The notes beneath the pieces were generated by a model. The model did no database searches, had not been told where the DNA came from, and worked only from the letters and a program-made list of their open reading frames with translations. Both the position numbers and the translations under genes were made by a program. Below, one piece after another: positions 52,304 to 64,000 of a stretch of DNA of 64,000 nucleotides; position 1 is the first letter of the stretch; every line of letters starts with the position of its first letter. The DNA comes from Kudoa neothunni (lineage: Eukaryota; Animalia; Cnidaria), in NCBI GenBank assembly GCA_964304625.1, contig OZ199840.1, forward strand, positions 6,885,252 to 6,949,251, written 5' to 3'.

Positions 52304-54642
52304 CCCGTCTGATCCCAAAATTTTTGTTTCTTTCGAAAAGAATTTATTATATAGAAGGGATTTTAAAAACCATAAATGTTAATTTTTAATTTAAAAGGAG
52401 TTTTCTAAGTTTCAATTTGTTACACTTTTTGTCTTATTCACTACAGTAAACAACGAGCTCCAAAGATAAAAAATACAAACTTTTTAAATGAGAAAAAAAT
52501 TTTTTTATTAATAATTAATTAGTTTTTTACATGGAAATCATATAAACAGTCCCTTCCTACAACAATGCAACAAGTTGCCAAATATTTTACACGCGCAAAG
52601 AGTGTGTTCCTTTTAAATAAACGGCACCTATTTTTTGATTCATTCATCGTAGGATAATAATCAACATTGTCAAATCTAATGGAATCTGATAGTACATCAA
52701 TTTTGGGCGTTTAGGGCAATAAAACACATCATAATCTTCACACACATCCAGACTTGGTCAACTTTGCTTCGGTATTACTACCCGTTTTTTTATAATAGAT
52801 GAGTGATTCGCTTATGGGTTCTGTAAATGATAACAAGTCTTTCATTTCATTTTTGGGCGTCCTTTCTCATGAAAGAGTTTCTGCAATATAGTAGCCATGC
52901 ATTAATAATGGCTGTATTTAAACCCCACATGAAAATTTTCATGCGAAATTTTCAAGATTTATGTTCCTATCTATACAATGTCATCAGCATATCTTTAGAA
53001 TCTATCAGATAGATCGAGGACCTCCCATATTTTTGTTGTATTCAGAAACAACATTAGAACACTCAATATTAACCATTCGTTTGAGGCGGTTATCAAAAAT
53101 CCTTGTACTGAGACTGGGTCCCAAAGAAGATGTTGAGCACAATGTAACTATTGATCCATCACACCATTGAGATAACACAATACCTTGAAGAAGATCTTGC
53201 GCTCTTTCTTCCTCGAATATCTTTGCGGAAGTTAAGGGGAACTTTTTTATTTCATTTCTTCGAATTGTACCAACTGAGTAAATATTTCAGTTTTTAAAAA
53301 TATTTGTAGTGGGATGGAAGTAAAGTAGTTGTCGAAATAAAGGAAATATGTCTTTGAAGTTGGCGGAGTTTAGAATAGTTTAACAACAAAGTCTCCTGAG
53401 ATTAGACCACAGTTTGGCGCAACCGGAGATCTTTTGCCATCATATATGTGAAAATCATACACGATGCCATTAACACCGTATCTAGCGAAAACTTTGGAGC
53501 TCCACTTTGAACGTTTCTTTGAGAAGCATTGTCTTGCTTTACATTTTCCTTTAAAAAGAATCATTTCTTTGTCAGTTGAATTGCGTACTTCTGGGGTTAT
53601 TTGTAAACATGCGATCATGAATTGGTCAAGATAAGGTCTACTTTTCGCGAAATAATCAAAAGTGGGTGAGTTTTTGTCTGTTTAAAGAGTTTTGTTATTA
53701 CTAAAATGTAAAAATTTGAGGATTTGCTGGAAACGAATTCTGTAGAAAGTATTCGAAACAGGGGGATAATTCTGGGATTTACTCCAATAAACAGCGGTAA
53801 CGAGGCATCCTAACGATACCCATTAAAGTATTAACACCGATGAACTTTTGAATTTCTTCAACATGTGTATCGAAAGTCGATCCAAATTGAGTGGAATAAA
53901 TATTTGATTGCAATATTATTAGTTTCCATTAATTCAATGTCAAAGAAGAAATTAAGGTAGTCTATTGGCTCATGAAAACCGTAAAGTTCTTCAAAATTTT
54001 CAGCTGTGGTTACATTTTCTGGTCACTTAATACAAAGCCCTTCTTTAGTCCATTTGATGTTTGTTTCCTCTACCAAAGCAACTGATCCATCCGACGAGCT
54101 AATAAAGGATTCCTCAAAATTCTCGGCTTTTGTTGGATCAAATTCATCATCAGAATACACATTAGGATCTGAAATATCGACATCTGGAAGAACTATAACT
54201 TTTGCTTGTATTTTTCCGCTGGTTAACCTTGTTCTGAAATCGTGATAAATTATAATCCGAAACTTTAATTCCATTGTCGCCCCTTGTTCACCGTGATGAA
54301 CGCATGCTTTTAAAGCTGTGTACATTTTTTTACTTATTGAATCAATGTGAATATTTAAAAAAATAAACTAATCATAAGTATCTATAATATAATTTTTTAT
54401 TTATAAAATGAAACACTTTTATAAACTGAATAAGATTGCAATTTTTTAATCCGGATTTAGTAAAAAGTATCGTTCAATAAAATTTTGTTCTTTCTTTAAT
54501 ATGATACAAATTAAAAAAATTAGGAATTTTAATACTAAAATCTTTAGTTTCATTTACTTTTGGGTTTCTACATAAGTATATTCAGTACGTGGTAGCCAAA
54601 ATAATGGGTTGTTCGCCAAAGTGAACAATGGGATCGAAAGGG
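52304..54642 (-). mobile_element. Decayed piggyBac (PGBD3-like), related to 20367-22606 and 13908-15010
   Basis: TIRs CCCGTCTGATCCCA / TGGGATCGAAAGGG with degenerate TTAA flanks. Fragments FKGKCKARQ, VYDFHIYDGK, CGLISGDFVVKL and YFDNYFTS. Confidence 0.85.
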
Positions 54643-55208
54643 TCAACTCATTAATGTTTTCAATTTGAGAGAATTATATAATTCTTCATAATGATGGTAT
54701 TTAATAAAAAGCTTATCCTGAGGCGCTAAAATAAGTATCAAAATAAAAACAAGGAGCTTGTATTAAAAATATCATATTTGATTGTGACTCGAAATAATTG
54801 CAGAATATAAAATTATTTAGCACTTTGTCAAATTTTGTATAGGCAAAATTAGTCTTGTAGCAGTTATGATAAATTTAAATGAAAAAATCTCTATATTATA
54901 AAGTTGAGTTTCTTTTGCTTTTTTTACCGAAATTGAATTTGGTTTTTATTGGAATAAAATTTTTGACTCTCAATATAATTTTTACAATTCCAATAACGTA
55001 ATCTTTTATTTGAGAAAGATGTAACTATTTTTTGAATGCTCCATCATGTATTTTTTAGCCACAAAGTGATTATAAAATAAATTTAATATTATTTTCCTTA
55101 GAGGATTTTTCTCAATTAATTGACTTTATAAATGTTTTCAAAGCTTTATTTTTATATTTATGTTATAACATTTTGATTTAATGAAATATTATGGTTATTA
55201 TTGATGTA

Positions 55209-56392
55209 CAGTAGGTGATGGCTCGTGCGCACTACCAGTCGTGGGCACCTGCCATGATTTAATGACTTACACAATACTGTGACTAATTAAAATGAATCGA
55301 ATAAAAGCATAACAATTATAATAAATTATTAAAACCTTAGTTTTTGTTTAAATTCGTTGTATATAAGAATTAGCTCAAATTTACGACTCGTGGGCACTTG
55401 AAGGAAACCAAGAAGTTACTTTCTTTGAAAGATAAAGTGGATATAATGCCGTATTATGAAAGAATAACGAATGGGGAAAACAGATAAACTAAAATTCTCA
55501 ATTATTTTAACTTAAAATATCTATCCTCTTTAAATAAAATTTTGGTTAATAAAGAGTACATTTGAAGTCTCATAATGGAATGAAAATTACAAATAACCAC
55601 AAAAAATTCATAATTTCTATGAATATTGCTTTAATTTATTTGAGAAAAATGTACAAATTTATCAGAAAACGAAATTGTCAAATGTTATTTACGGTCATAG
55701 ATCTAGAACCGGCGATTTACGATTCAAGAATGTTAGAGCTTTACCAGTAAAATATTAATAATTTTTCCAAAGAAAAATCCAATTAATAAGTATGCTAAAA
55801 ACTTTTAGTTATATTTTATTGGGTGTATTAATTAACTTTAAGAAATTATGCATATCAATATATATTATATTTATCTTGATTATTAACTCTTACTTCTACT
55901 TCTCTTGAGTATAGAAAATGACTTATTTGTTACGCAACACTTCCTTAAGATATAATGATTCATTAAGAAAGTTTTCCGTGTGTTTTTATTTAAAATCGTC
56001 CAAACCTTTGTGATTAAACTAAAAAATAATTTTGATTGTAATACAATTGGATGTGTGAATTGCATTTATTATTTTTTTAAATTTTTGTTGACAGAAATCA
56101 TTGGTATTATCATCACGTTGTCTAAATGGTTTGTTTCTACAAATTAAAATCAAGGATCGACTAGATTAATCGTATTTAATCTATACATGATTGCTATAAG
56201 AACATTTTATTTTATCAATATACTTTTGAATATAAATGCAAACATAGTGATAAATAAGAGAGACTAAATTGCAAGAGCCACATTAAAATTCTGTTTTGTT
56301 CGCATGCGTCATGACGGCTCGAGGGCATTTGACAGGTCGTGGGCACCTCGAACCCAATTCCCATTTTAGTGCCCACGACCCGTCACCTACTG
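55209..56392. mobile_element. Non-coding Tc1/mariner/pogo-type element (MITE-like)
   Basis: 26-bp TIRs CAGTAGGTGAYGG.TCGTG.GCACTA, with TA on the left flank and TG on the right. Internal repeats of TCGTGGGCAC at ~55239, 55388 and 56337. Confidence 0.75.
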
Positions 56393-56652
56393 TGGTCTAA
56401 AACGTCTCTGTATAAGGAGAAGATATGTGAACACGGACACTACGACTTTATGTATTAGGATAAATTAATACAAGACCATTTAAAGATGGAAAAATCAACT
56501 TAAATGAGTTGATTTAGAAATATCGCGAAGCTGGTTTGCATAATTAAAACAACAAATTATCATTCCACAAAAATACAATACACAACAAAAATAAAACAAT
56601 GTTTAAAAAATAGCCCTCAAATATTTTGTTTTTACAAGCACAATAATGTATT

Positions 56653-57695
56653 TTATTCGTTGATGACCCTTCTGAAATGGACGGCTAACTGAAGAACAAC
56701 CAACAGAATAATAAATATATCGTCAATAAATCCGGCCACACCAAAATGCTTTCAGGGACCAAATCTTTGGGTATGATTACATACAAAAGTACAAATGCTA
56801 GGAGAAATGCCACCCCTAATTCGGTAGAAAAGAGCGACACTGTGATTGTTTAAGGTATGTCTGATCATATTTCGTAGCATGACGGGAAGATCTCGAATTT
56901 GTTCCCACAACTAAACAATATAATACGAGATATTGATAAAATATTTTGAGTGAAAAAATCATTCAGAATGATAAATAATACAGATATTTTTATTCCAGAG
57001 AATCTTCTGTTATACCAACGAATATTTCTAACAATATTGTTTTTGTAATCATCATCAATATCGTCGATGTTCGTATCATCGTCATCTTGATTGGTGGGTA
57101 GGTTCTCAGCATTAAATTTATTGTTAACATCAGAAGAATATTCGAATGAGCCAGGCCATTGAGGTAACAGGATATTTACATTAGCTCTGCATAGAGGACA
57201 AGTGGCTCCTTTTAGAAAGCTACCATAATCATAATATGTGATAAAGCAATTCCCTACAAATGAAAGTAATTACTATAAATAATATCACACCATAATAGAA
57301 TTAATAAAACGACAATATGAAGTTGAGATTCATTGTGAACTTATTCATCATAAGTAAGGATAAAAAAATCAATTTACCACAATAGATATGACCGCAATTG
57401 GTTTGAACAGGCCATTCCGCATTTTCGAAACAAATCGTACATTTAACATTAATTTTATAACCAGGTTTTCTTGTCGTTTCCGGTTCATTTGTTGGTGGAC
57501 CGAAATTTTGCTGTCTGCTATAACTAGCATTTGTTTGATTTTGAATATTATGCTGAATTCTGTTGTGATACCAGGCGAGAAACACAAACAGAGCCAATGT
57601 CATAAAAAACAGTATAATACCTATTGGACTATACTCTGGGAGTTCATCGCTATCAAGATAGTCGATAAAAATGATTCAAACGATTCAAAACTCAT
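56653..57695 (-). CDS. RNF170: E3 ubiquitin ligase RNF170-like (RING-HC plus C-terminal DUF1232-type membrane region); three 1-nt indels in this assembly
   Basis: CTICFENAEWPVQTNCGHIYCG|NCF..YGS..CPLCR, YNRRFSG, RDLPVMLR, PKDLVPE..FGVAGFIDD. Two GT-AG introns in the CDS. The frame breaks at homopolymers near 57668, 56814 and 56744. Confidence 0.85.
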
Positions 57696-58932
57696 TTACT
57701 ATCGTAAGGTTAGTAGTATTACCCTTAAAGTAGATACTAAAATCAACTAAAACCCATAAACTACTCTCCCGAATGAATATTACGCACGCGTAAGGACCAG
57801 CAGAGATAAACTATACATTGTTTTCTGGGGGGCCAATTGATTTTTCTATTTTAGTTTTTATTGCACCAAATAAGTCTCAATTATCTATTCAAATTTAGAA
57901 AGGATTGAATAATCTAAATACTTTCTTTTTGAATTTTAATTCCTCAATAACGTATTAACAATTTCATTCTAACGGAATACACAATTAATCCTACTTACAA
58001 TTGAGTTACGCCAACTAATTAGCCAAGATACACAATTCTATTTCGCTGGGAGGGAATTTAATAAAAAGTCCTTTAAAATATATAATGTAGTTTTGGCGAT
58101 TCGTTGTCATTATTAAATTTTAAGTCTATTTTACTCAAATGATATGAGCTCTAATCCCAACCAGTATCCTTAATTCGTAAGTAGAGAGCCTTGGTTGGTT
58201 ATATACACAAACCTTACTATTATGAATATTGAATCTATAACTTTTTTATCAACTTTTCTACACTAAAAACTCGGCAATTTTCTTAACCTCTCAGTAATTA
58301 ATTAACAACCGAATGTAAATATTTAATGAATATGCATTATGTGGGAAGTAACGCTACTCTGAAATTCCATATCCATGAAATAATACTTTAAAAATAGATA
58401 ATATAAACACATGCTGAATAAAAGCTTACGAATTAACAAAAAATTTTTGGAGCCAGTCGTCGAATAATAACAACTGATTTTCGAGATATCCCGATATCTA
58501 ATGATGATTAATTCTATCTTATAATATTCATTTTCTGTCTTTGGTGAAAAATAAAAGGTATTTATTCCCATAGCAAATATTTGGGTTTAAATTAACCCCA
58601 GGTCTACCAAACGCTTAACATAATAATTCGTTAAGTTATTTTCGCACACAGTAATCGTGTATAATCTTGTTATCTGAAAATAAAGAAATTTCAATTTTGG
58701 ATAGACACTAATTAAGTTAAACGTTGCGAGCAACAGGTCGTTCAGTCTATGCTCAAAGCTTACATTTAATTCAAGCAATCTATTCAAAGCACACTAAATA
58801 GACTTTTAATTCATGTGAGAATATGTGCGTGATTATTTACACAAGCAATCCTAATATAGAAAACTTTTAAGAGTAAGCAGCCCTATATTAAAGCCAACAA
58901 TCCTTTGAGCAAGCCAACATATCTGCTTGCTT

Positions 58933-58949
58933 GGGGGGGGGGGGGGGGG
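58933..58949 (+). repeat. G17 homopolymer
   Basis: Seen directly. Confidence 0.9.
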
Positions 58950-59571
58950 CACATAAAAACCTACAATGAGGATTTCTACCTTTTCCCGTGTCACTACTAG
59001 CTGAGTGCGCCAAAGACTTTGGAGACATTTAACAACGGACTAATTACACGTGATTTTAATCTCAAATATGTTAAGTTATAGGTGGGTTATCCGCCACGTC
59101 CCGTTTACCCAAATTAATGTTTATACTGAAGCAATAAATCCAAGTTTAAATTAAACTCCGTTCTGTTAAAGTAAAGAGGGGATCATGCAGCTCTATTGCT
59201 GGTTTGCGCGTGTCGAATAGATAACATTTAAAATTTCCCCGATATCATTTTCTCAAGCCATTACGAGTTCTGTAACTCTCAATCTTCACTTATAGATATA
59301 CTTATACCATTACCAATGAGTGTAATTACTTAGATTCACAAGTATGGAGTGTAATTATGCAAGAATTTGACATAATATCGCCTAAATAATTCAATAAAAT
59401 ATAGTATTTTTGCAAATCTGTTTTATTAAATTGTTGATAAAATAGGTTTTTCGTTTTATTAATTTTCTTAAGATAAATAATGAAAAATCTGGGGAACTAT
59501 GATGTGCGTAAGAGGGTGTTTTTAGTTAGCGGCTTCGTAATTAAAAGGATTAAAATCACAGAATATAACTA

Positions 59572-61461
59572 CAGTCGTGACTCGATACTGCGTAATTTAA
59601 CAAAAATAAGCGTTATACATTTTAATTAACAAAATTAAACAATTAAATCATATTCGACATGCTAAATTGGATTATTATGAAAAGAAATTATATTTTGAAC
59701 AAGCGGATATACGACAAAATAGAAAAAACCTTGTGTCTAGCTGTTGCGTAACTCATTTTCCACATTTTAATCCCTTTAATCCATTGGTTGCAGTATCGTA
59801 AACATGGTAAAATATCAAAGAACTATAAAAGATAAAATTAAAATAATATATTACTATAATTCACTTAAGTCTATAGCTTGTGCTAAAGCTATGACTGTAA
59901 AACATTTCGGTTTACCAAGTGATTCTAACTTAAATATTTTTCGGTAATTTAAAATAGGTCATTCTACTCTTGATAGAATCTTGTCAAAACAAGATGAAAT
60001 TACAAATCCAAGTATTGAAATATTTAGAAAAAGATTTAAACCCGGAAAATATGAACATCTTGAAAATAACCTTTACAACTGGATAGTTTCAATGCGAGAT
60101 CAAAATAAACTATTATCTGGATTAAAAATTATCGAAAAGGCTTCTATTACTGCCAAAGATATTGGAATAAACAATTTTAATGGAAGCAGGGTATGGTTTA
60201 ATAATTTCAGGGTGCGTTATGGTCTGAAAAGTTCTAAATTACACGGAGAAGCTGAAAGTGCCGACTTTAGATGTATTTATGAATGGATGGGCAAGTCGTC
60301 CGAGATTTTGTCAAGATACAACCCAGAAAACATCTTAAATTTGGACGAGACTGGTCTTTATTATGAACAGTTGATACAACGTACATACATTACTAAAAAT
60401 GAACAAAATGTAAAGGGTGTAAAACAATCCAAAAAGTGTGTTACGGTTTTGGTCACTGCTTCAATGACAGGAGAAAATTTTCCATTACATGTATTAGGAA
60501 AATTTAAGAAACCTCGCTGTTTTAAAGGAATTAAAGAGTTTCCAGTTGAATATCATTCCCAAGCGAATGGCTGGGTGTCCTCAACCATATTTTTTCAGAT
60601 CCTCAAAGAGATGAACCACAATTTCATTAAAGAAAACAGAAAGGTTTTAATTTTATTGGATCAATGCCCGTCTCATCCCAAATCGATTGATAATTTGGAA
60701 AACATCGAGCTTCTATTCTATTTCTGCCGAAAAATACTACCACTGTGGTGCAACCAACGGATCTGGGAACAATTCATAGTTTAAAATCAAATTATAGAAA
60801 ACTATTATGCAAAGACATTATACTTGAAGAGGATGACCCAGATAGATTTAAATAAATTGTTCTCAATTGTTTAAATACTCTAAAATTGGCTTGGGAAATG
60901 GTTACGGTATCAACTATTGGTAATTGTTTTAATAAGTCGCCTGTTTTCAAAAGTATATTATCGATTATTTCTTTTATCTCTATTGAAAAATTAAGATGAG
61001 CAAGTTTTAATGGAATGTGAGGATGAAATAACATTAGAAGGTAACATAGCTGAAAAATTTTAATAATTAATATTTATAGATAACAATGTTGATGATATCA
61101 TTCTGTCGGAAGAAAATGAAATCTTACATCTAGATGAGGATGAGCATTGTAAAGTCACTGTGTATAGTGAAGACCTTAATTTTGAACAAAAAGATGAATT
61201 CGTCACAACATCTCAATCAAAAAGTGCAATTAATACATTAAGAAAAGCGTTCATCATCGATAATCATAAAGCCTTGTTTTCTCTGTGTCCAGTTGTGGAT
61301 GTTGTACATGAAATTATTTGTAATGGAACAAAAATCCATAAAATTGATGAGTTCTTTTGTAAGAAATGTTAAAATTGTAAATACTATGCGTGCGACGGTG
61401 ACTCGATATTGCGTAATTTTTTCCCGGCCCTAAATTGTTACGCAATATCGAGACATTACTG
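59572..61461 (+). mobile_element. Tigger (TIGD4/6-like) transposon, related to 24427-26310
   Basis: TA TSD. TIRs CAGTCGTGACTCGATACTGCGTAA / TTACGCAATATCGAGACATTACTG. ORF 59981-60784 has a CENP-B HTH, HGEAESA, NLDETGL, KPRCFK and LLDQCPSHP. Confidence 0.92.
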
Positions 61462-61628
61462 TATGTATCAGTATGATTAACATTCAAAAGAGAACTTAAA
61501 ATTGAATTTTATGCATAGATTAATGTATATCATATTTTACAAAACCCATAAAATTTATATGAATCAAATTATAATAGCATATTTGTATTTTTTAAGGGAA
61601 TCCTTAAAAGAACCTATATATTATAGAT

Positions 61629-62185
61629 CAGGGATCGGGAACCTTTTTTGATGAGAGAGCCACAAAGATCAAAATTTTTTTAAAAACAAATTCCATGAGA
61701 GCCATACTACATATTTTAAAATTAAAAAAAGTACATGTCCACGTTTTATATAGTCCTAATACTTTAAAATAAAACGAGTCATTCAATTCTTTTTAATTAC
61801 ATTGTTACGCTATTTTCAATCAATAATGATTACTTCTCATCATCATTGTGATTTCTGGTTCTGCATATGATTTGTAGTATGGGTGATACGTGGTAAGATT
61901 AAGCTTCGTGAAGGTGTTGAGACTTCAATCCGATAAACGTGACTGTAGTTTAGTATTCATGTCTTTAGATGTGAAAGACTACTCACATGCACACTTAAAG
62001 CCAAACGTTGCCATTACAACAATATTCGTACGCTGCAGTATCACATACTGCAGGTAACCGATTTTCCGTAGTGACCGTTTCGCATATTTGCAGAGAAGTT
62101 TAACGAAGAATTTTTTTTAAATTGAAAAGTTGTTTGCGAGCCAAACGCAAACATCCAAAGAGCCACGTCTGGCTCCCGACCCCTG
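61629..62185 (-). mobile_element. Non-autonomous hAT (Buster/Charlie-type), 557 bp
   Basis: TIRs CAGGGATCGGGAACC / GGCTCCCGACCCCTG. 8-bp TSD TTATAGAT/TTACAGAT. Interior retains a TFG..ACE.SF...QSRLSD C-terminal remnant. Confidence 0.85.
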
Positions 62186-62276
62186 TTACAGATCAAGTGG
62201 ACCACGTTTAAGATTTGTTGTTTTAAGCTTAAGAAGTAAACTATAGTTATACATCAGTTTATTGTTTTAAATAAGA

Positions 62277-63620
62277 ATGAAAGAAAATATAACGTCAATT
62301 GCTAGAAATTATTTTTCACAAGTTGATGAAATTAATTCAAAGTGACGTTGTAAGTGTGGGAAGGAAACAATTCAAAAAAACACAGGATGGACAAATCTTT
62401 CTAATCATGTTAAAAGTCAGCACAAAGACTATCTCAAGTCAACTGTAAGGCCAACATTATTGAATAACTTTGGAATTGTGCCAAAAGTTACAAAAAAGGG
62501 TAGCATCATTTACGGATGGCTAAATTGAGTTTGTTATACATTGAAACCATTTAATTTTGTAGAAAATGAATTCATTCGTTTGTATAGCAACCTAGAGACA
62601 ATTTCAGTCAAAACATTTAAACAATATCTCGATTTGGTTAAAAGGAAATCGAAATAAAAATAAAAGATTCATTTCCCTCCAAATTTTCCCTCATTTTAGA
62701 TGGGTGGGCGAAAAATTCCGCCCATTCTATCGGCATTTTTGCTACTTTTAACTCATCAAATTCGAACGGCTATGAAGTATTTCTTTTAACATTTTCTCCA
62801 TTATTGGCAGAAACAAAATTTACATCAAATGATCATTATGATCTTCTAAAATTTGTTTTGGGTATATATGGGAAATCCTTTTCCAATATAATATCAATAA
62901 ATGGAAACGATGCTGAAGTTAATAAAGCTTTAGCGAATCTATGTCAAGTACTTTTGAAAGGTACGAAACGCTAAAAGTTTTTTTTCTGACCCTGCTTTCA
63001 TCAAAGAAAAAAGCTTGATGGATCATCTGCTATCACGGAGAGAAAATATGGATATACCAGAGTTATTAATTCATTTGAAAAAGTTTAACCCGGTTTCATT
63101 GATCCTTCAAAAAGAAATTGTTACATTGGCTAAAACGCGATATTTTTATGATGAACTTATTCTCATATATTCCTACTTGGATGAAGTACTTGGTACCAAC
63201 GCCAAAATAATTTACTCTCCAACTTTTGAAAAAGCGATATATAAAATTTAAGAGGAAAGGTTAGATTAGATGACTTACGAGGAACAAAGTGCCGTTTGGG
63301 ATTTGAAAGTAAATACATCCAATCCCGGGGAAGAAATTGAATCTTCAACTATATGTGATGATTTTGCCCTTAATGTTTTAAGAAAAACAAAGATGGAAAA
63401 AAAATTTATTCCCACCTGCTATATGGATACCAGGTTCATCCTTCCAACCTCTAATATCGTTGAGCGCCTTTTCAGCAATGCTGGCTATGTCTCTAACGAC
63501 TTTAGACAAAGTTTATTGCCATCAAATTTAGAAATGCAAATTTTTTCGAAGGTAAACCATAAACTGTGGACGAAAAACTTGTTTCCAAAATTGTTTCTTC
63601 GAATTCAAGTATATAATTTT
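62277..63620 (+). pseudogene. Decayed hAT transposase (BED finger, DDE core, hATC domain)
   Basis: N-terminal CKC..TGWTNLSNHVKSQH, core FSLILDGW and C-terminal YMDTRFILPTSNIVERLFSNAG..R.SL.P.N.EMQ. Multiple stops and frameshifts, TIRs not seen. Confidence 0.8.
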
Positions 63621-64000
63621 AATTTTCTTTTCGATTTGTCACTGTGAACTTTTTGGGTTCTTCGCTAAGCCCAGACATTATGCTTAGGAAGAAAAACTAA
63701 AATAAAATAACCACAGGACTAATAATAAAGTTAACAGTAATATACTATGCTTATAAATATGTTCTAGTTAATTCGGATAATTTCAGAAGAACGAACAAAT
63801 TACTGCTCTTCTAACATCCATAATATAAACTCTACTTTTAAAAATTGTTCATTAGTTGTTTTTGTTTTTGTCTTTGTCCTATTTTATTTTTTTCGCTATA
63901 AGTAACAACAAATTAATACATCTTTTTATTAATGTGAGTCTATCTCAGATATTCTTTTATCCGATTTAGGTAGATAGCTAAATCGGGGTTGTGCTATTTT

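Noticed and set aside
58933-58949. G17 run as a functional G-quadruplex
   Set aside because: It is an isolated homopolymer of unreliable length with no supporting context.
1-64000. CRISPR array, rRNA, snRNA or hammerhead ribozyme
   Set aside because: No regularly spaced repeats and no recognisable U1/U2/U4/U5/U6, rRNA or complete CUGAUGA..GAAA cores were seen by eye. An Rfam scan would be needed to exclude divergent copies.

Overview
This is an AT-rich eukaryotic, most likely animal, genomic window (FUBI-eS30 fusion gene; GT-AG introns mostly ~39-50 nt). About two-thirds of it, by my rough tally, is transposable element. Six spliced host genes can be rebuilt by hand, most missed or fragmented by the ORF track: a GLUT/SLC2-type sugar transporter (runs off the left edge), SF3A2, a probable mitochondrial mL55, FAU, a neutral sphingomyelinase and RNF170. 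The rest is decayed piggyBac, pogo/Tigger, hAT, Merlin and MULE DNA transposons, a tRNA-derived SINE, and three young, very compact (~4.0-4.1 kb) Ty3/gypsy LTR retrotransposons, often nested. The most interesting signal is in those three LTR elements. Their LTRs are tiny (78-139 bp) and share a GATTAT...pyrimidine-tract-GCG motif despite divergent pol genes. Each gag start codon lies inside or overlapping the tRNA primer-binding site. Five of the six host genes also share an NRF1-like GCG(T/C)GCG motif upstream of the ATG. No rRNA, true tRNA or CRISPR array is evident. All calls are by eye, with no database searches.
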